From positions 60,280-124,279 of the IMG/VR virus record IMGVR_UViG_3300036792_000284: DNA of 64,000 nucleotides; one strand, given 5' to 3'. Below, piece by piece: positions 62,518 to 64,000 of this stretch (positions are counted from its first letter, which is position 1; every line of letters starts with the position of its first letter). Under the pieces are notes generated by a model that saw only the letters and a list, made by a program, of their open reading frames with translations, searched no databases and was not told where the DNA came from. Made by a program: the position numbers and the translations under genes. This DNA comes from a virus.

Positions 62518-62602
62518 CTCTGGGGATGCTGGGGCGCCGGGGAAAACGCCCCTGAATGGGTTGAGTGGTGCTCCTCCATTATCACGCATAAACGGATTTT
62601 CA

Positions 62603-62953
62603 CTAGCCATTTCCGGACAAGAGCCTGTCCATCGGCTCCGCCTGATGGGCGAACGTGGGGGACAGCGGGCAGCGGTCGGTGTACGCGTCGTCGCGCCACC
62701 ACAGCAGCCCGTCCTCCTGCCGCTCCCAGCCGCCCCCGGCGTCCGGCCGGTACTCCCACAGCCTCCCCGCGCCGTCGATCTGGACCCGTGCCCAGCAGTA
62801 CCGGCAGCGCAGCTCGGTCGGGTCCGGCTCGCCGGCCATCGCCTCGCACGGCTGGCAGCCAGTCGCGTGCACCCACATCTGCCAAGGCGGCTGCCAGAAG
62901 ATTGTCCGGCGGTGGGCCAGGCAGCTGGCCGTCAGGCAGTAGCTCACTTCCAC
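62603..62953 (-). CDS. Cys-rich hypothetical protein
   Basis: CLAH, CQPC, CRYC. Confidence 0.55.
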   Translation of the reverse strand: MEVSYCLTASCLAHRRTIFWQPPWQMWVHATGCQPCEAMAGEPDPTELRCRYCWARVQIDGAGRLWEYRPDAGGGWERQEDGLLWWRDDAYTDRCPLSPTFAHQAEPMDRLLSGNG

Positions 62954-63096
62954 GGCCAGAACAGGAGGACGGTGGCGACGACAGACAGCACCACCACAGC
63001 CGGGAAGGTGACCAGCAGCGGCTTATGCGGCGCCCATAGCCTGATCGTCAGCCCGGCCACCCAGATGACGGCGCCGTACCAGCGGGCCAGCTTCAC
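62944..63096 (-). CDS. Small two-TM membrane peptide
   Basis: Manual translation VKLARWYGAVIWVAGLTIRLW...AVVVLSVVATVLLFWPWK. Confidence 0.55.
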   Translation of the reverse strand: MKLARWYGAVIWVAGLTIRLWAPHKPLLVTFPAVVVLSVVATVLLFWPWK

Positions 63097-63467
63097 CGCG
63101 TCTCCAGCCAGCCCGCCGGCCACCAGGACGCGTAGCCGTCGTCCAGGGCCACGAACACGTAAGGCCCATCGTTACCGATGAACCAGGGCACCAGGCCCGG
63201 CGTCGGCTGCCACTTGACGAAGCTCTCCGGCTCGCCTGCAGCCACTACGCCCGGCTGGCCCCGGCGCCAGTACACCCGTGGCCCCAGCCACACCTGTGTA
63301 CCGAACGGGAACCGCTGCTCTAGCTCGGGCAGCAGGTCGCAGACCTCGAACGGCAGGCCCGGCAGCAGCTCATCCAGCTCAGCGGCGAAAGAGGCTGCCT
63401 CCTCCCGCGTGAACCCGGCCGACATGCTCCGCGGCTCGCGCCGGGTCACGGCGTAGGTCCCGCTCAT
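63093..63467 (-). CDS. Hypothetical protein
   Basis: ATGA overlap. Confidence 0.55.
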   Translation of the reverse strand: MSGTYAVTRREPRSMSAGFTREEAASFAAELDELLPGLPFEVCDLLPELEQRFPFGTQVWLGPRVYWRRGQPGVVAAGEPESFVKWQPTPGLVPWFIGNDGPYVFVALDDGYASWWPAGWLETR

Positions 63468-63787
63468 GCGCCCGCCTCCCGGTGCTTGTCGACCGCGGCG
63501 CTCATGCCGTTGATCAGGTCTTCTACCTGCCGAGCATCCCTGCCCTTCATGGAGTCCCGCTGCCGGGACAGCTTGCTGCCGTCCACGTTGCGGTAGTCCC
63601 ACAGTTCATGCGGGTCGATCCGGCCCGCCAGCCGGCGCGGGAACGGGAGGACGAACACGAACCCGGCAATGATCCGGGGCCGGTCAGCGCGGCTGACCTC
63701 GTACATCACCAGGCCGCGCTCTAGCTGGTCCAGCCCCTCCGCCTTGGTCACCGCGTACGCCTGGACAACAGGCGCGGTCCTGCTCAC
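63464..63787 (-). CDS. Hypothetical protein
   Basis: GTGA overlap. Confidence 0.55.
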   Translation of the reverse strand: MSRTAPVVQAYAVTKAEGLDQLERGLVMYEVSRADRPRIIAGFVFVLPFPRRLAGRIDPHELWDYRNVDGSKLSRQRDSMKGRDARQVEDLINGMSAAVDKHREAGA

Positions 63788-64000
63788 GCCAGCTCCCCGG
63801 CGTCCCCGTGGCAGATGACGCAGCGCTCGCCGTAGAAGCACCCGCCGTCCGGACAGGCGGCCTTGTGCGCCGCCGCGCCGGCCGCGCGCCAGTCGTCGCC
63901 GGCGGCCAGGTCGGGCCGGGCCTCCTGCCAGAGCGCGAACGCGTCGTCTACGTGGCAGTCGAACAGGGTGATGCCCCACTGCGCGATGTGGCGCACCCAG
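63784..64000 (-). CDS. Hypothetical protein (partial at window edge)
   Basis: Open frame ...HKAACPDGGCFYGERCVICHG. Confidence 0.5.
   Translation of the reverse strand, partial: WVRHIAQWGITLFDCHVDDAFALWQEARPDLAAGDDWRAAGAAAHKAACPDGGCFYGERCVICHGDAGELA

Larger units (their letters stand above)
1..64000 (-). mobile_element. Large actinobacterial phage (or phage-plasmid) genome segment: replication module plus early-gene region
   Basis: Endolysin, PolA, DnaB, gp32-like SSB, SNF2 helicase and dense co-oriented small ORFs; no housekeeping operons; very high GC. Confidence 0.85.

Noticed and set aside
1-64000. tRNA, rRNA, integrase, terminase, capsid or tail genes
   Set aside because: No recognisable signatures seen by eye; a tRNA scan was not run

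Overview
A very GC-rich segment of a large actinobacterial phage or phage-plasmid. No virion structural genes, integrase, rRNA, tRNA or CRISPR array were recognised. Nearly every real gene is on the minus strand, tightly packed with ATGA/GTGA overlaps; the long plus-strand ORFs are mostly antisense shadows. Left part (1-36 kb): two glycosyltransferases and a methyltransferase; a TIGR03960-type radical SAM enzyme fused to a DUF2344-like domain; and a near-complete replication/recombination module. That module holds DnaX, DnaN, HolA, HolB, a family A DNA polymerase with a DnaE-like C-terminal tail, DnaB, a stand-alone primase-type Zn domain, a gp32-like SSB, RecA, a RuvC-like resolvase, SbcD and an SbcC split into two genes. 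Also present are a GH25 endolysin, a DNA cytosine methyltransferase, two sigma-like factors, a SNF2 helicase and a small membrane-protein cluster. Right part (36-64 kb): a VirD4/TraG-like coupling protein and about 60 small, mostly unknown genes. These are arranged as repeated cassettes of hairpin, palindrome CTTGAC-N4-GTCAAG doubling as the -35 box, TAnnnT -10 box, conserved leader GAAGGGCAGGCACCC and ORF(s). All calls come from reading motifs by eye; no database searches were run.
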